DNA from: Desulfobacterales bacterium
GTDB taxonomy: Bacteria > Desulfobacterota > Desulfobacteria > Desulfobacterales > 4572-123
Direction: 5' to 3'
Assembly (NCBI GenBank): GCA_963667755.2
Contig: CAXXLK010000002.1
Coordinates: forward strand, 928,118-968,117
DNA: 40,000 bases
Both the position numbers and the translations under genes were made by a program. Below, in pieces: positions 9,849 to 18,834 of this stretch (its first letter is position 1; the number at the start of each line of letters is the position of its first letter). The notes beneath the pieces were generated by a model that ran no database searches, was not told the origin of the DNA, and saw only the letters and a list, made by a program, of their open reading frames with translations.

Positions 9849-10669
9849 CGGTTCAACCTGTTTTTAAGGTAGTGATCATAGAGGTGCCGGACCATCTGAT
9901 GGGGGTTCTGGCCGTCGATAAAAACACAGGCCTGTTTTGTCTTGGGGCGCTCGAGATCCACAAGGGTTTTTCCTTTTGGGCGTATGCTGTTGTCGGCGAC
10001 GGTCAGGTCCCTGCCTGGCACGATGGTTACCTGCCTTTTTTTCGCAGCCAGTTTCTGTTTCAGTGTGGGAAGGCGCAGACAGGGTGCGTCCAGGGACTGG
10101 CCGATGGTCAGCACCAGCGGCAGCCTGACGGTCTGCACCAGAATCGCGCCGTCAGTCCGGCTCTCTACTGTCAACCGGTCCGGTTCGTCTGTCCTGATCA
10201 CCCGGGTCACTTCGCGAATACAGGGCCACCCAAGCCGTTCTGCAATCAACAGCCCGGTCTGCCAGTTGTCGCCATCCCCGCCCTGGATACCTGAAAAAAC
10301 AAGCTCGTGGCCGTTTCGCCGGATATATTCGGCTATCAGAAAGGAGATACCGGATGGATTGAACCTCAGGTCCAGGTCCGCGCTGCACTGGATTCTTACG
10401 GCATGGTCATACCCGATGGCCATCAGGTGCCTGAGGAACAGGTCTCCCTGCGGGTCATCCACGGTCAGGGCGGTAAGGTCTGCCGTGTCCGGCAGGTGTC
10501 CTGATGGGTGTGAGAGGGTGAGCGCCATTTCCAATGCACTTTCGTCAAAGCAGTTGAATATCCGCCTGACAAAACCGGTATCGACACAATGACGCTCATC
10601 CCAGGTCCAGTCCTTTTCGGACAACCTTGCGTAATCGGCTATGATCTTGAAACAAACGATGATTTTCAT
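9845..10669 (-). CDS. etfB: Electron transfer flavoprotein beta subunit (FixA/YdiQ-like)
   Basis: 274-aa ORF. It starts MKIIVCFKII..., contains FDESALEMAL, and pairs directly with etfA. ATGA overlaps at both ends. Confidence 0.8.
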   Translation of the reverse strand: MKIIVCFKIIADYARLSEKDWTWDERHCVDTGFVRRIFNCFDESALEMALTLSHPSGHLPDTADLTALTVDDPQGDLFLRHLMAIGYDHAVRIQCSADLDLRFNPSGISFLIAEYIRRNGHELVFSGIQGGDGDNWQTGLLIAERLGWPCIREVTRVIRTDEPDRLTVESRTDGAILVQTVRLPLVLTIGQSLDAPCLRLPTLKQKLAAKKRQVTIVPGRDLTVADNSIRPKGKTLVDLERPKTKQACVFIDGQNPHQMVRHLYDHYLKNRLNR

Positions 10670-12123
10670 TTGTCCATGGGATAGATGGTGCCTGCGTTCA
10701 TGATGCCGTTGGGATCAAATTGATCCTTTAACCCTTTCAAAATATAATAGGCTGATCCGTGCTCAATTTTAGTCCAGGGGGTCCGGTATTTGCCAATGCC
10801 ATGGTGGTGCACCATCGAGCCCCCGACCTTCAGGGTTTCCTCCACAATCAACGCATTTAACGGAATGTGGTACTTGGTGATCTCTTCCTCCGGTTTGCAG
10901 TCTTTGACATCGTAGTCATAGACAAAGTACAGATTGGTACCGGTCTGGTAGCTGTGGGAAGAATGTCCGCCCAGCATGGTCAGATCGTCCGCATGGGGGA
11001 AATCCGACCGGATCCGTTGGATGGCGTTTTCATAGATGGTGTTGATCGTATCCCAGTTGCCCGAGACTTCCGTGGTGAACCCGATGTGATGGTTTTTGCG
11101 GATGAGTTCACGTTCCTCGGTAATTTTATCCGGTCCCCAGCACAGATGGTTGAACCAGTTCTCGACAATTCGACTGTCAATGCGCCGGCATTCCGTGTAG
11201 TTGTCGACAATCTCTTCGATTCCCCGGGCCGTGGCCTCGGCCAGGTGTTTATTGCCCTCTGCCAGGAACATCAGAACGCACTGGTCGGGCGCAAACTGAT
11301 CGAAACTGTGCTGGGTGCCGTCTTCCGCATCGTAAAGGCGCGCCATCGAAGGGCGATACCCATGGACCATGACTTCCCGCAGGATCTCAAACCCTTTTTC
11401 CATGGAATCCAGCCGCCAGGCCAGGAACTGGTTGTTTTTCGGGAAATATTTGAAAATTTTAACGGTGACTTCGGTAATAAAGCACAGTGCCCCTTCATTG
11501 CCGATGATCACGTGGCGGATATCCGGGCCGCATGAACGGCGGGGAACGTTTTTAATCCGGGTGATTTCACCGTTGGGGAACACGGCTTCCAGTCCGACGA
11601 CCATATCTTCGATGGCGCCGTAGAGGGTGGAAAACTGGCCGATGCTGCGGGTGGCCACCAGGCCGCCCATATGGGCCAACGGTTTTGACTGGGGAGAATG
11701 GCCGGTGGTATACCCCTGCTCCCGGAGCCGGTCTTCCAGATCACCTAACACCACACCGCACTGGGTTGTTGCCAGCATATTGGTGGGATCGATCTTGATG
11801 ATCTGATTCATCTGTGACCCGTCAAGCACCACGGAATTTTCAACGATGGTTTCCAGCCCCCCCTCCGTGGCGGTGCCCCCGGTTCGGGCCACGGAATTGA
11901 TTTGATTCTGGTTCAGGAAGGTCAATACATCTGCGACCTGCTTCGCGTCTGCCAGCTTGACCACGGCCGCAGGGATCGGGGTGGTATAAACACCGAATAT
12001 TGTTTCGTATTTTTTATACCGATCATGGCTGTTTTCCTGTAGCACCCTGGCATCGGTGATCACGCGCTGCTCACCGACAATGGTTTTGAGCTGATCGACA
12101 ATCGCTTCACGGGTCAATGTCAT
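10666..12123 (-). CDS. FAD-linked oxidase (GlcD / alkyl-DHAP-synthase-like)
   Basis: 485-aa ORF with VARTGGTATEGGLE, DPTNMLATTQCGVVLGDLE and GPDIRHVIIGNEGALCFITEVTVKI, the pattern typical of the PCMH FAD-binding domain. Confidence 0.8.
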   Translation of the reverse strand: MTLTREAIVDQLKTIVGEQRVITDARVLQENSHDRYKKYETIFGVYTTPIPAAVVKLADAKQVADVLTFLNQNQINSVARTGGTATEGGLETIVENSVVLDGSQMNQIIKIDPTNMLATTQCGVVLGDLEDRLREQGYTTGHSPQSKPLAHMGGLVATRSIGQFSTLYGAIEDMVVGLEAVFPNGEITRIKNVPRRSCGPDIRHVIIGNEGALCFITEVTVKIFKYFPKNNQFLAWRLDSMEKGFEILREVMVHGYRPSMARLYDAEDGTQHSFDQFAPDQCVLMFLAEGNKHLAEATARGIEEIVDNYTECRRIDSRIVENWFNHLCWGPDKITEERELIRKNHHIGFTTEVSGNWDTINTIYENAIQRIRSDFPHADDLTMLGGHSSHSYQTGTNLYFVYDYDVKDCKPEEEITKYHIPLNALIVEETLKVGGSMVHHHGIGKYRTPWTKIEHGSAYYILKGLKDQFDPNGIMNAGTIYPMDK

Positions 12124-12182
12124 GATAAATCCTTTTTTACGTATGATTGGTAAATAAACCTGTTTTTATCCGTTCATTCTTT

Positions 12183-12959
12183 TTATCGTACCATATAGCC
12201 TCCGTCAACAATGAGCACCTGGCCATTCAAATAGTCGGAGGCCCGGCTGGCCAGAAACACGACCGTTCCCATCAGGTCCTGGCGGTTACCCCAGCGATTG
12301 GCGGGGATACGATCGAGGACCCGTTGATTGGTTACCGGATTGCTCCTGGTCCGGGTTGTCATGTCGGTGGCATAATAGCCCGGTGCAATACCGTTTACCT
12401 GGATATCGTATTGTGCCAGTTCATCGCCGTAGGACTTGGTCAGCCCTGCGAGGCCATGTTTTGTCGCCGCATAGGCCGGACCGTCCCGTCCTCCCAGGTA
12501 AGAATAGAGGCTGCAGATATTGATTATCTTACCGCTTTTCTGGGGGATCATTATCTTGGCCGCTTCATGACTCATCTCAAATGCGGCTGTAAGGTTGACG
12601 GCCACCATGGGATCCCAGTCAGCTCGGCCAAATTCCAAGACAGGCTTCAACCGGCTGATACCGGCATTGTTGACCAGAATGTCCAGGCTGCCGAATTTTT
12701 TCAGGCAGGTTTCAATGATCTGCTTCGGTGCGCCGTTCCCCGTGATGTCAATTTCCATCAATTCAAGGGCCACACCCTGCTTTTCAATTAATTGCCGGGC
12801 TTCGCCATTATCCGTGACATAACTGGGAATGAAAAGATTGGCGCCGGCTTTTGCCAGGGCAGCTGAAAACGCAAGCCCCAATCCTCTGTTGCCGCCCGTC
12901 ACAATGGCTGTTTTCCCTTTCAGGGAAAAAAAATTTAATGAAAAATCATCTATTTTCAA
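12183..12959 (-). CDS. Short-chain dehydrogenase/reductase, KduD-like
   Basis: 258-aa ORF with TGGNRGLG (TGxxxGxG), NNAG and YAATKHGLAGLT (YxxxK). The overall pattern resembles 2-deoxy-D-gluconate 3-dehydrogenase. Confidence 0.85.
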   Translation of the reverse strand: MKIDDFSLNFFSLKGKTAIVTGGNRGLGLAFSAALAKAGANLFIPSYVTDNGEARQLIEKQGVALELMEIDITGNGAPKQIIETCLKKFGSLDILVNNAGISRLKPVLEFGRADWDPMVAVNLTAAFEMSHEAAKIMIPQKSGKIINICSLYSYLGGRDGPAYAATKHGLAGLTKSYGDELAQYDIQVNGIAPGYYATDMTTRTRSNPVTNQRVLDRIPANRWGNRQDLMGTVVFLASRASDYLNGQVLIVDGGYMVR

Positions 12960-13047
12960 AGGGTTAAACTCCTCTTAAATGGTTTTTAATGGTAATAGAC
13001 ACTATCATGTCCTTTGTTTATATAACGAATCCTTTTCCCAGATAGTG

Positions 13048-14523
13048 TTACGAAGATAAGTCAGATCGATTATCTGCCGCGCACCTTTGTAGGTATGCCT
13101 TGAGATCTCTGTCCAGGTCCCTGGAAATCATCATGTCCGGTCGATTTGCAAGGATCTCTTTATAGCGTCGGTTGGCGCGGGTCATGATGCTCTCTTTACC
13201 GTTGGACGCCCAGTTGTCATAGGACTGCCAGCATGAGACCGTGGGAAGCCACTGGCTTCTGAACCGTGCAAAGGTATCTTCATGGGGGAGATAACTGCCG
13301 CCGGGTCCCACTTCTTTTATGACATCCAGGGACAATTCACCATCGGAGGTGTCGACCCCTTCGCAGATACGGATCACCCGGCTCATCATCTCCTCGTCAA
13401 TGATGAATTTTTCATAGGAAATGGTCAAAATGGCATCCAGTACACCAAATACCTGCTCGATCATGTGGCCGCCGGACATCATTCCCATCATCATGTTCTG
13501 CATGGTGTCATACCCGGCCTGGATATCCACCTCCTTGGCGTCAGTCATACCGGCCATAATGCGGGTGGGCACTTTGTAAAAATCAATGGCCATCTGGAGA
13601 CAGGTCGAGTTGATCAAAAATTGTTCCGGGGGGGCATATATGCAAATGGCGGTTCTCATATCGGCAACCGTGGATGCCGGGCAATATACCATGGGCCCGC
13701 CGGGATTGATCAATTGCACCAGGGCATTTCCGGCCAGTACCTCAGCATTTTGCTGAACAATACTGCCAAAAAGGCTCATGGGCGCTGTGATGCCTGCCAG
13801 GGCACATGGCAGAATATAAACCGGCTGATTTCTGCCGGCATATGCAATGATGGTGTCAAGGGTTTCCGTGGCATATTTCAATGGGCTCAAGGGGTTGGTG
13901 CTGACCCCGATACAATAGTTTGTTTCAAGAAATTTTTCACCGAACACCATTTCCACCATATCAAGGGATTCTTTTGCTTTTTGGGCAACGGTACAGCTTC
14001 CGATGATGGGTTTGTCTGTATGTTTGATGGTTTCGTAAATCATGTACAAGGCCCGCTCGGTGTCCGCTACATCATCCGGCGCCACGGGGGTGGCGCCGGT
14101 GAGTTTTACAATGTCGCTGGCCTGGGAGAGTTTCTGAAAATTAGCGTAGTCCTCAAGAAGTCCCCGGCGTTTTCCGCTGTCCATATCTTCACAGAACACG
14201 CATCCCACATTGGGGTGGGGGGCAAAACCATCGCCAATGGTCACCGATTGTGCGTCATTTCTTGCCACGTGGCGATATGTCGTTGGGGCCTGTTCCATGG
14301 CGGCTTCCGCCATGGGGCCTGGAATGAATACGGTTTTCCCGTCCACCCTGGCCCCATGGCGTTTAAAGATTTCAAGGGCCTTTTCATGTTCGAAGATGAT
14401 GCCGCACTGTTCCAAAATTTCGATACTGGCGTCGTGTATCCTGGGCAGGTCGGTATTTTTCACTATTTTGACACGAGGCAGTTTTCTTGTTGCGGAATTA
14501 CAGAAGGTATTGGGTGTAATCAT
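13048..14523 (-). CDS. MttB-superfamily methyltransferase, non-pyrrolysine type (candidate quaternary-amine:corrinoid methyltransferase)
   Basis: Uninterrupted 491-aa ORF, colinear with the two TAG-containing mttB genes in this window. VPTRIMAGMTDAKEVDIQAGYD aligns with LPSFAAGG[TAG]GDSKVVDYQSGHE, placing a Met codon where the paralogs have TAG. An AGGAG RBS lies 8 nt upstream. Confidence 0.85.
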   Translation of the reverse strand: MITPNTFCNSATRKLPRVKIVKNTDLPRIHDASIEILEQCGIIFEHEKALEIFKRHGARVDGKTVFIPGPMAEAAMEQAPTTYRHVARNDAQSVTIGDGFAPHPNVGCVFCEDMDSGKRRGLLEDYANFQKLSQASDIVKLTGATPVAPDDVADTERALYMIYETIKHTDKPIIGSCTVAQKAKESLDMVEMVFGEKFLETNYCIGVSTNPLSPLKYATETLDTIIAYAGRNQPVYILPCALAGITAPMSLFGSIVQQNAEVLAGNALVQLINPGGPMVYCPASTVADMRTAICIYAPPEQFLINSTCLQMAIDFYKVPTRIMAGMTDAKEVDIQAGYDTMQNMMMGMMSGGHMIEQVFGVLDAILTISYEKFIIDEEMMSRVIRICEGVDTSDGELSLDVIKEVGPGGSYLPHEDTFARFRSQWLPTVSCWQSYDNWASNGKESIMTRANRRYKEILANRPDMMISRDLDRDLKAYLQRCAADNRSDLSS

Positions 14524-14538
14524 ACGTCATCTCCTAAG

Positions 14539-15057
14539 TTACCCTCTTGCCAGGGCCAGCAGGTTAACACCCAGCTGGTGGCGTTTTTCAGCCGGACAGC
14601 CGTTTTCGATGCGCTGTTTCATCTGCAGCCCGTTGAGCTTGCGCATCTGCTTGTCACCCTCGACAAAGACGATGGCCTCGGGTTCGCATTCCTTGACGCA
14701 GGCCGGGTCTCCGCCGCAGTAATCGCATTTGAAGGCGATATGGTCGCTGCCCATCTCGATCATGCCGTAAGTACAGGCGTCCACGCAGTCGCCGCAGCCG
14801 TTGCATTTTTCGGCATTGACCAGCACAACCCCGTCGGCATCTTTGGTGATGGCCCCCTCCGGGCAGGCCTTCATGCAGTCGGGCTTGGGGCAGTGAAAGC
14901 AGATGCTGGGTACCGAATATCCCCTGAGGGGGAAATTGTTGATATGAATTCTGGCCTTGGTGGGCTGGAACAGGCCTTGTTTAACCGCGGAGCAGACATA
15001 GACGCAACGGTTGCATCCGGTGCAGAGTTCAGGATTGGCAAATATATGTTTTTCCAT
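14539..15057 (-). CDS. 4Fe-4S dicluster (poly)ferredoxin
   Basis: 172-aa ORF with several Cys clusters (CTGCNRCVYVC, CFHCPKPDCMKACP, CNGCGDCVDAC, CDYCGGDPACVKEC). It starts 23 nt after the AOR stop. Confidence 0.85.
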   Translation of the reverse strand: MEKHIFANPELCTGCNRCVYVCSAVKQGLFQPTKARIHINNFPLRGYSVPSICFHCPKPDCMKACPEGAITKDADGVVLVNAEKCNGCGDCVDACTYGMIEMGSDHIAFKCDYCGGDPACVKECEPEAIVFVEGDKQMRKLNGLQMKQRIENGCPAEKRHQLGVNLLALARG

Positions 15058-15080
15058 GAGTTGTATTCCTCCTGGGGCTT

Positions 15081-16844
15081 TTAGAATTGGTCAAGACCTA
15101 GCTGGGCCAGCTTTTCCGGGGTGGGAACGCCATTTTTATCCCATCCGCGCTTTTCGTAGTACAAGGCCAGGCAGTGGTCGAAATCTTCCGGCGCAAACAC
15201 CCGTCCGGTGTGTTCGCCCTTTTGGAGCTGCTGTGTCATCTGCTTGACCGGCAGATAATCGTCTGCACGGGTGAGACCGGCCCTGAGGTTGAACAGGCGC
15301 AGAATATTCCAGATCTTCTCCCCGGCATGTTCCAGCTGCCCGGCCGTGACCGTTTCCCCCGTGGCCACGGAGAGAATGTCGGCAATGATGGGCGCTGTGA
15401 TCGAACCCCAGAAGTCGCAAAAGCCCATGGACCATTTGATGGTCGCAAAGTTTTGACCGTCAACCACGTCCCGGGCCATGGCCGCCAGGTCAAAGGGGGT
15501 TTCACTGAACATGGGAAAGGCGCGCATGTGGCAGCCCCCGCGTTCGCTGGTGGCATACGCCAGTCCCATGCCGTAATTGGAGCGGGGGTCATAGGCCGGG
15601 AATTCAAGGCCCTTGGCTTCGGAGGTTAAATCCTGGCTGTCATACTTGGCAGCCAGCTTTTTGGCCCCCAGGGCCAGGTCTTTGCCGCGCCGGGTGGAAA
15701 GGGTGGCGATTTCAGTGACCGCCTTGAGGTATTCGACGGGTTCGCCGAATTTCAGATTGAAGTCGTGGCGGCCTTTTTCGGTCATGTCCATGGCCAGGCC
15801 GATGATGTTGCCGCAACTGATGGTATCCAGGCCCAGATCATCGCACAACCGGTTGAAGCGGATGACCTGCTCCAGGTCGTTGATTTCGCAGTTGCTGCCC
15901 GCCAGGCAGAGGGTCTCGTATTCCGGTCCTTCCATCTCGGCACCATTGATGTGGGTGAATTTGCCGCAGGCCAGGGGGCAGGTGGAACAGGCCCGGTTTC
16001 CCAGCTTGGCGGCCTTGATGGCCTCGGTGTTGATGCCTTCCTTGGCGTCGTTAACGCCATAGCTGAAATTGCGGGTGGGATGGCCCCCCATATCGCTGAT
16101 GACATCCACCAGCATCGCAGTACCGTCGGTTTTGGCCCACAGGTTGGCCTCGGTCAACAGGTCGGTTTTTTTGTACGCGTTGACCTTTTCGATGAAGGCG
16201 GGCACGTCCGCCACTTTGATACCGCCGGTACCGCGCACCACAATGGCTTTTAACTTTTTGCTGCCCAGGATGGCGCCACCGCCGCTGCGGCCCATCTGGC
16301 GGTAGGCCTCGGTGCCGAGGCAGGCATGGGATACCATATTCTCACCGGCCGGCCCGATGGCCAGCACTTTGGCTTCGGGGGTTCCCACAGCCGCCTGCAG
16401 TCGTTCTTCGGTTTCGAAAAGGCCCTTACCGGCCAGGAATTGGGCACTCTCCAGACTCACCTGGTCATCCATGATCTTAAGATAGGTCGGCTTTTTGGCC
16501 GCGCCTTTGATGATGATGCCGTCATAGCCGGCAAATTTGAGTTCAGGTCCGAAGGCGCCGCCGGTATTGGAAGAAAAAATAGTGCCGCTATGGGGCGACT
16601 TGGACACCAGATTGAACCGGGCGGTCATGGGGGCTGACGTGCCGCCCAGGGGCCCGGTCATGATGATCACCGGATTTTCAGGGGAAAGGGGGTCGACTTT
16701 GGGGTCAACCAGATCCCAGTAGTAACGGACCGCCAGCCCCCAGCAGCCCCAGTATTCCTTGATCCAATCTTTCCGCAGCGGTTCTTCTGAAATTTGCCCG
16801 GTGCTGAGATCAACAACGAGTAATTTACCTGCATAAAGATTCAT
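15081..16844 (-). CDS. aor: Tungsten-type aldehyde:ferredoxin oxidoreductase
   Basis: 587-aa ORF. The N-terminus reads GKLLVVDLSTGQ...GGTSAPMTARFNLVSKSP...GYDGIIIKG, and the C-terminus reads YYEKRGWDKNGVPTPEKLAQLGL, both typical of the AOR family. A GGAGG RBS is present. Confidence 0.9.
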   Translation of the reverse strand: MNLYAGKLLVVDLSTGQISEEPLRKDWIKEYWGCWGLAVRYYWDLVDPKVDPLSPENPVIIMTGPLGGTSAPMTARFNLVSKSPHSGTIFSSNTGGAFGPELKFAGYDGIIIKGAAKKPTYLKIMDDQVSLESAQFLAGKGLFETEERLQAAVGTPEAKVLAIGPAGENMVSHACLGTEAYRQMGRSGGGAILGSKKLKAIVVRGTGGIKVADVPAFIEKVNAYKKTDLLTEANLWAKTDGTAMLVDVISDMGGHPTRNFSYGVNDAKEGINTEAIKAAKLGNRACSTCPLACGKFTHINGAEMEGPEYETLCLAGSNCEINDLEQVIRFNRLCDDLGLDTISCGNIIGLAMDMTEKGRHDFNLKFGEPVEYLKAVTEIATLSTRRGKDLALGAKKLAAKYDSQDLTSEAKGLEFPAYDPRSNYGMGLAYATSERGGCHMRAFPMFSETPFDLAAMARDVVDGQNFATIKWSMGFCDFWGSITAPIIADILSVATGETVTAGQLEHAGEKIWNILRLFNLRAGLTRADDYLPVKQMTQQLQKGEHTGRVFAPEDFDHCLALYYEKRGWDKNGVPTPEKLAQLGLDQF

Positions 16845-17036
16845 GTCCCCTCCAATTATCCATGTTTGTTAATGAAAACTATCCACAGGCCCCTGGGGGC
16901 CGGTAAAACCAAACGTTCAGGCAGACGGTTGTTTAGACTGAAGGTTAAATGCATTCTACCTGTTTAATGGCTATCTTCAGCCTTCAACTTTTTACCTGTA
17001 TATACGTAGCCATCTGAAAGAACGTTTACGAGAGCA

Positions 17037-17981
17037 TCATCCCTGGCATGGATGAATACCGTCAGATTGTTCGGCGACCAGTGTTTCCGGAAATCCCGGT
17101 GCCCGCAAAGGCTGCCGGCAGGCATCTTCCAGCATTTTAACCACTTTTGGCGACCACGCATCACCGCCGAATAAATTGCGGGCCCTTTCAAAAATCTGGC
17201 GCGTCATACCGCCCAGTTCCAGGGGAACATTGAGTTTTTCCGCAATTCTACCTGCAAATCGCAGATCCTTGCAGGCCAGGTCCATGGTGAAATTTACGTT
17301 ATAGCTGCCGCTGAGAATAAGTTGAGATTCGGTTTCATGGACAAAGCTGTTACCCGAACTTGCCCGAATCGCTTTGTATGCAGCCCCCAGGTCCACCCCC
17401 TGTCTGGCTGCCAGCATCATGCCTTCCCCGGCGGCCACCAGATGAATAAACGCCAGCATGTTGGTGACCACTTTGACAACGCTGGCATTGCCGACGACAC
17501 CCAGGTGAATCACCTCCTTGCCCATTACTTTGAGGATGGGTTTAAAACGCTCATACACAGCGATATCGCCGCCGACGAGCACGGTGATCTCACCGGTATG
17601 GGCCAGGTGCACGCCGCCTGTCACCGGGCACTCCAGCACGTCAAACCCTTTTTCCCGGGCAATCAGCGCCAGGCGCTGGATATCTTCAAAATCGGTGGTG
17701 CTCATTTCGATCCAGCAGCTGCCCTGCATCAGGTGGTCGAAAACACCCCCCGCCTGCTCCACCACGGCCCGGGAAGCCTCGGGTGAAGGCAACGCCGTTA
17801 TCACCACCGTTGCTGCATGGCATACCCCGGCGATATCATCAGACCATCTGGCGCCGGCTTCGATCAGACCGACACCGACTTCAGGGTGAAGGTCGCTGAC
17901 GGTCACATCGTGGCCGGCCCTGACCAGGTTCAAGGCCAGGGGATACCCCAGATTGCCTAATCCGATAAATCCGATGTTCAT
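17037..17981 (-). CDS. NAD(P)-dependent beta-hydroxyacid dehydrogenase (3-hydroxyisobutyrate dehydrogenase family)
   Basis: I moved the start to the ATG at 17981 (MNIGFIGLGNLGYPLALNL, a Rossmann GxGxxG) because GGAG lies 6 nt upstream. The track start at 18044 adds 21 unsupported residues. Confidence 0.85.
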   Translation of the reverse strand: MNIGFIGLGNLGYPLALNLVRAGHDVTVSDLHPEVGVGLIEAGARWSDDIAGVCHAATVVITALPSPEASRAVVEQAGGVFDHLMQGSCWIEMSTTDFEDIQRLALIAREKGFDVLECPVTGGVHLAHTGEITVLVGGDIAVYERFKPILKVMGKEVIHLGVVGNASVVKVVTNMLAFIHLVAAGEGMMLAARQGVDLGAAYKAIRASSGNSFVHETESQLILSGSYNVNFTMDLACKDLRFAGRIAEKLNVPLELGGMTRQIFERARNLFGGDAWSPKVVKMLEDACRQPLRAPGFPETLVAEQSDGIHPCQG

Positions 17982-18348
17982 ATTTTCTCCCTTTTTATTA
18001 TTGTTCCAGTGGTCATAATCTAATCCCAACCCCACTAAAAGCATGAATACTACTGTCTTTAAGGGGATTCAAGAAAAAATCGATCAAATTTTTATAAACA
18101 TCCGTATTTCTCAAATCATATTTTTTTAAATATCTGTACGGGATAAAACAATCACCGTCAGGCCACCGGACTTGATACCCACAGATACTTCAGGGCTCGT
18201 TAAAGGTTGACGTTTCCGGGTAACCATGCTAATCCGTTTGGACTATAATTGGGAAAATTGCTGTATATCCATATGGTAAAACTTGTACATGCCTTGATTT
18301 TGAACGAAAACCGTTTTTTCTGGACACACGCAAGTTAAGGGGACAGAT

Positions 18349-18744
18349 ATGAAATTTATGGTATGTTATGACGGTTCGAAGAGAGCGAAAAAGGCCCTTG
18401 AGCTTGCCAGGGAGCACGCAAAAGTCTGGGGTGCTTCATTAGAGGTGGTCAGCTCGATTGAGCGGGAACTGTCGCTGAAACGGTCGTTTATTGAAAAAAA
18501 AGAACAGGATTTAGAAAATGAGGTCAAAGCGGTTTTAAGCGGAAGCGGCATTTCCTATGAAATTGATCTGCTCATCGATACGCTGAGTCCGGAAGAACAA
18601 ATGGTTCGGTTTGCTGAAAAAGAAGCGATCGATCAGATATTTATCGGGATTCAAAAACAATCCAAGGTTGGAAAACTGGTTTTTGGGTCCACCGCCCAGT
18701 ATATGTTATTAAGAGCCCCGTGTCCGGTGGTCACGGTAAAATAA
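18349..18744 (+). CDS. Universal stress protein (UspA family)
   Basis: 131-aa ORF. KFMVCYDGSKRAKKAL and the C-terminal GSTAQYMLLRAPCPVVTV are UspA-domain hallmarks. An AAGGGG RBS is present. Confidence 0.85.
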   Translation: MKFMVCYDGSKRAKKALELAREHAKVWGASLEVVSSIERELSLKRSFIEKKEQDLENEVKAVLSGSGISYEIDLLIDTLSPEEQMVRFAEKEAIDQIFIGIQKQSKVGKLVFGSTAQYMLLRAPCPVVTVK

Positions 18745-18797
18745 TGCAGTGGCAATCCACCGCTCTATTGCCCACAGAATTCTCACAGATTGATCCT

Positions 18798-18822
18798 CTC
18801 GTAAAACGTCGGATTTTTACGA
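18798..18822. terminator. Hairpin between the convergent usp and ABC ATPase genes (possible bidirectional terminator)
   Basis: CTCGTAAAA-cgtcgga-TTTTACGAG forms a perfect 9-bp stem. The stem is A/U-rich and there is no clear trailing U-run on either strand. Confidence 0.3.
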
Positions 18823-18834
18823 GATCGTTACAGA

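Noticed and set aside
13282-15084. 600-aa plus-strand ORF, the longest in the track
   Set aside because: It lies antisense to the MttB-family and ferredoxin genes, both of which have clear family motifs and RBSs. Its translation is Gly/His/Phe-rich with no recognisable motif, which is typical of a shadow ORF opposite a real gene.
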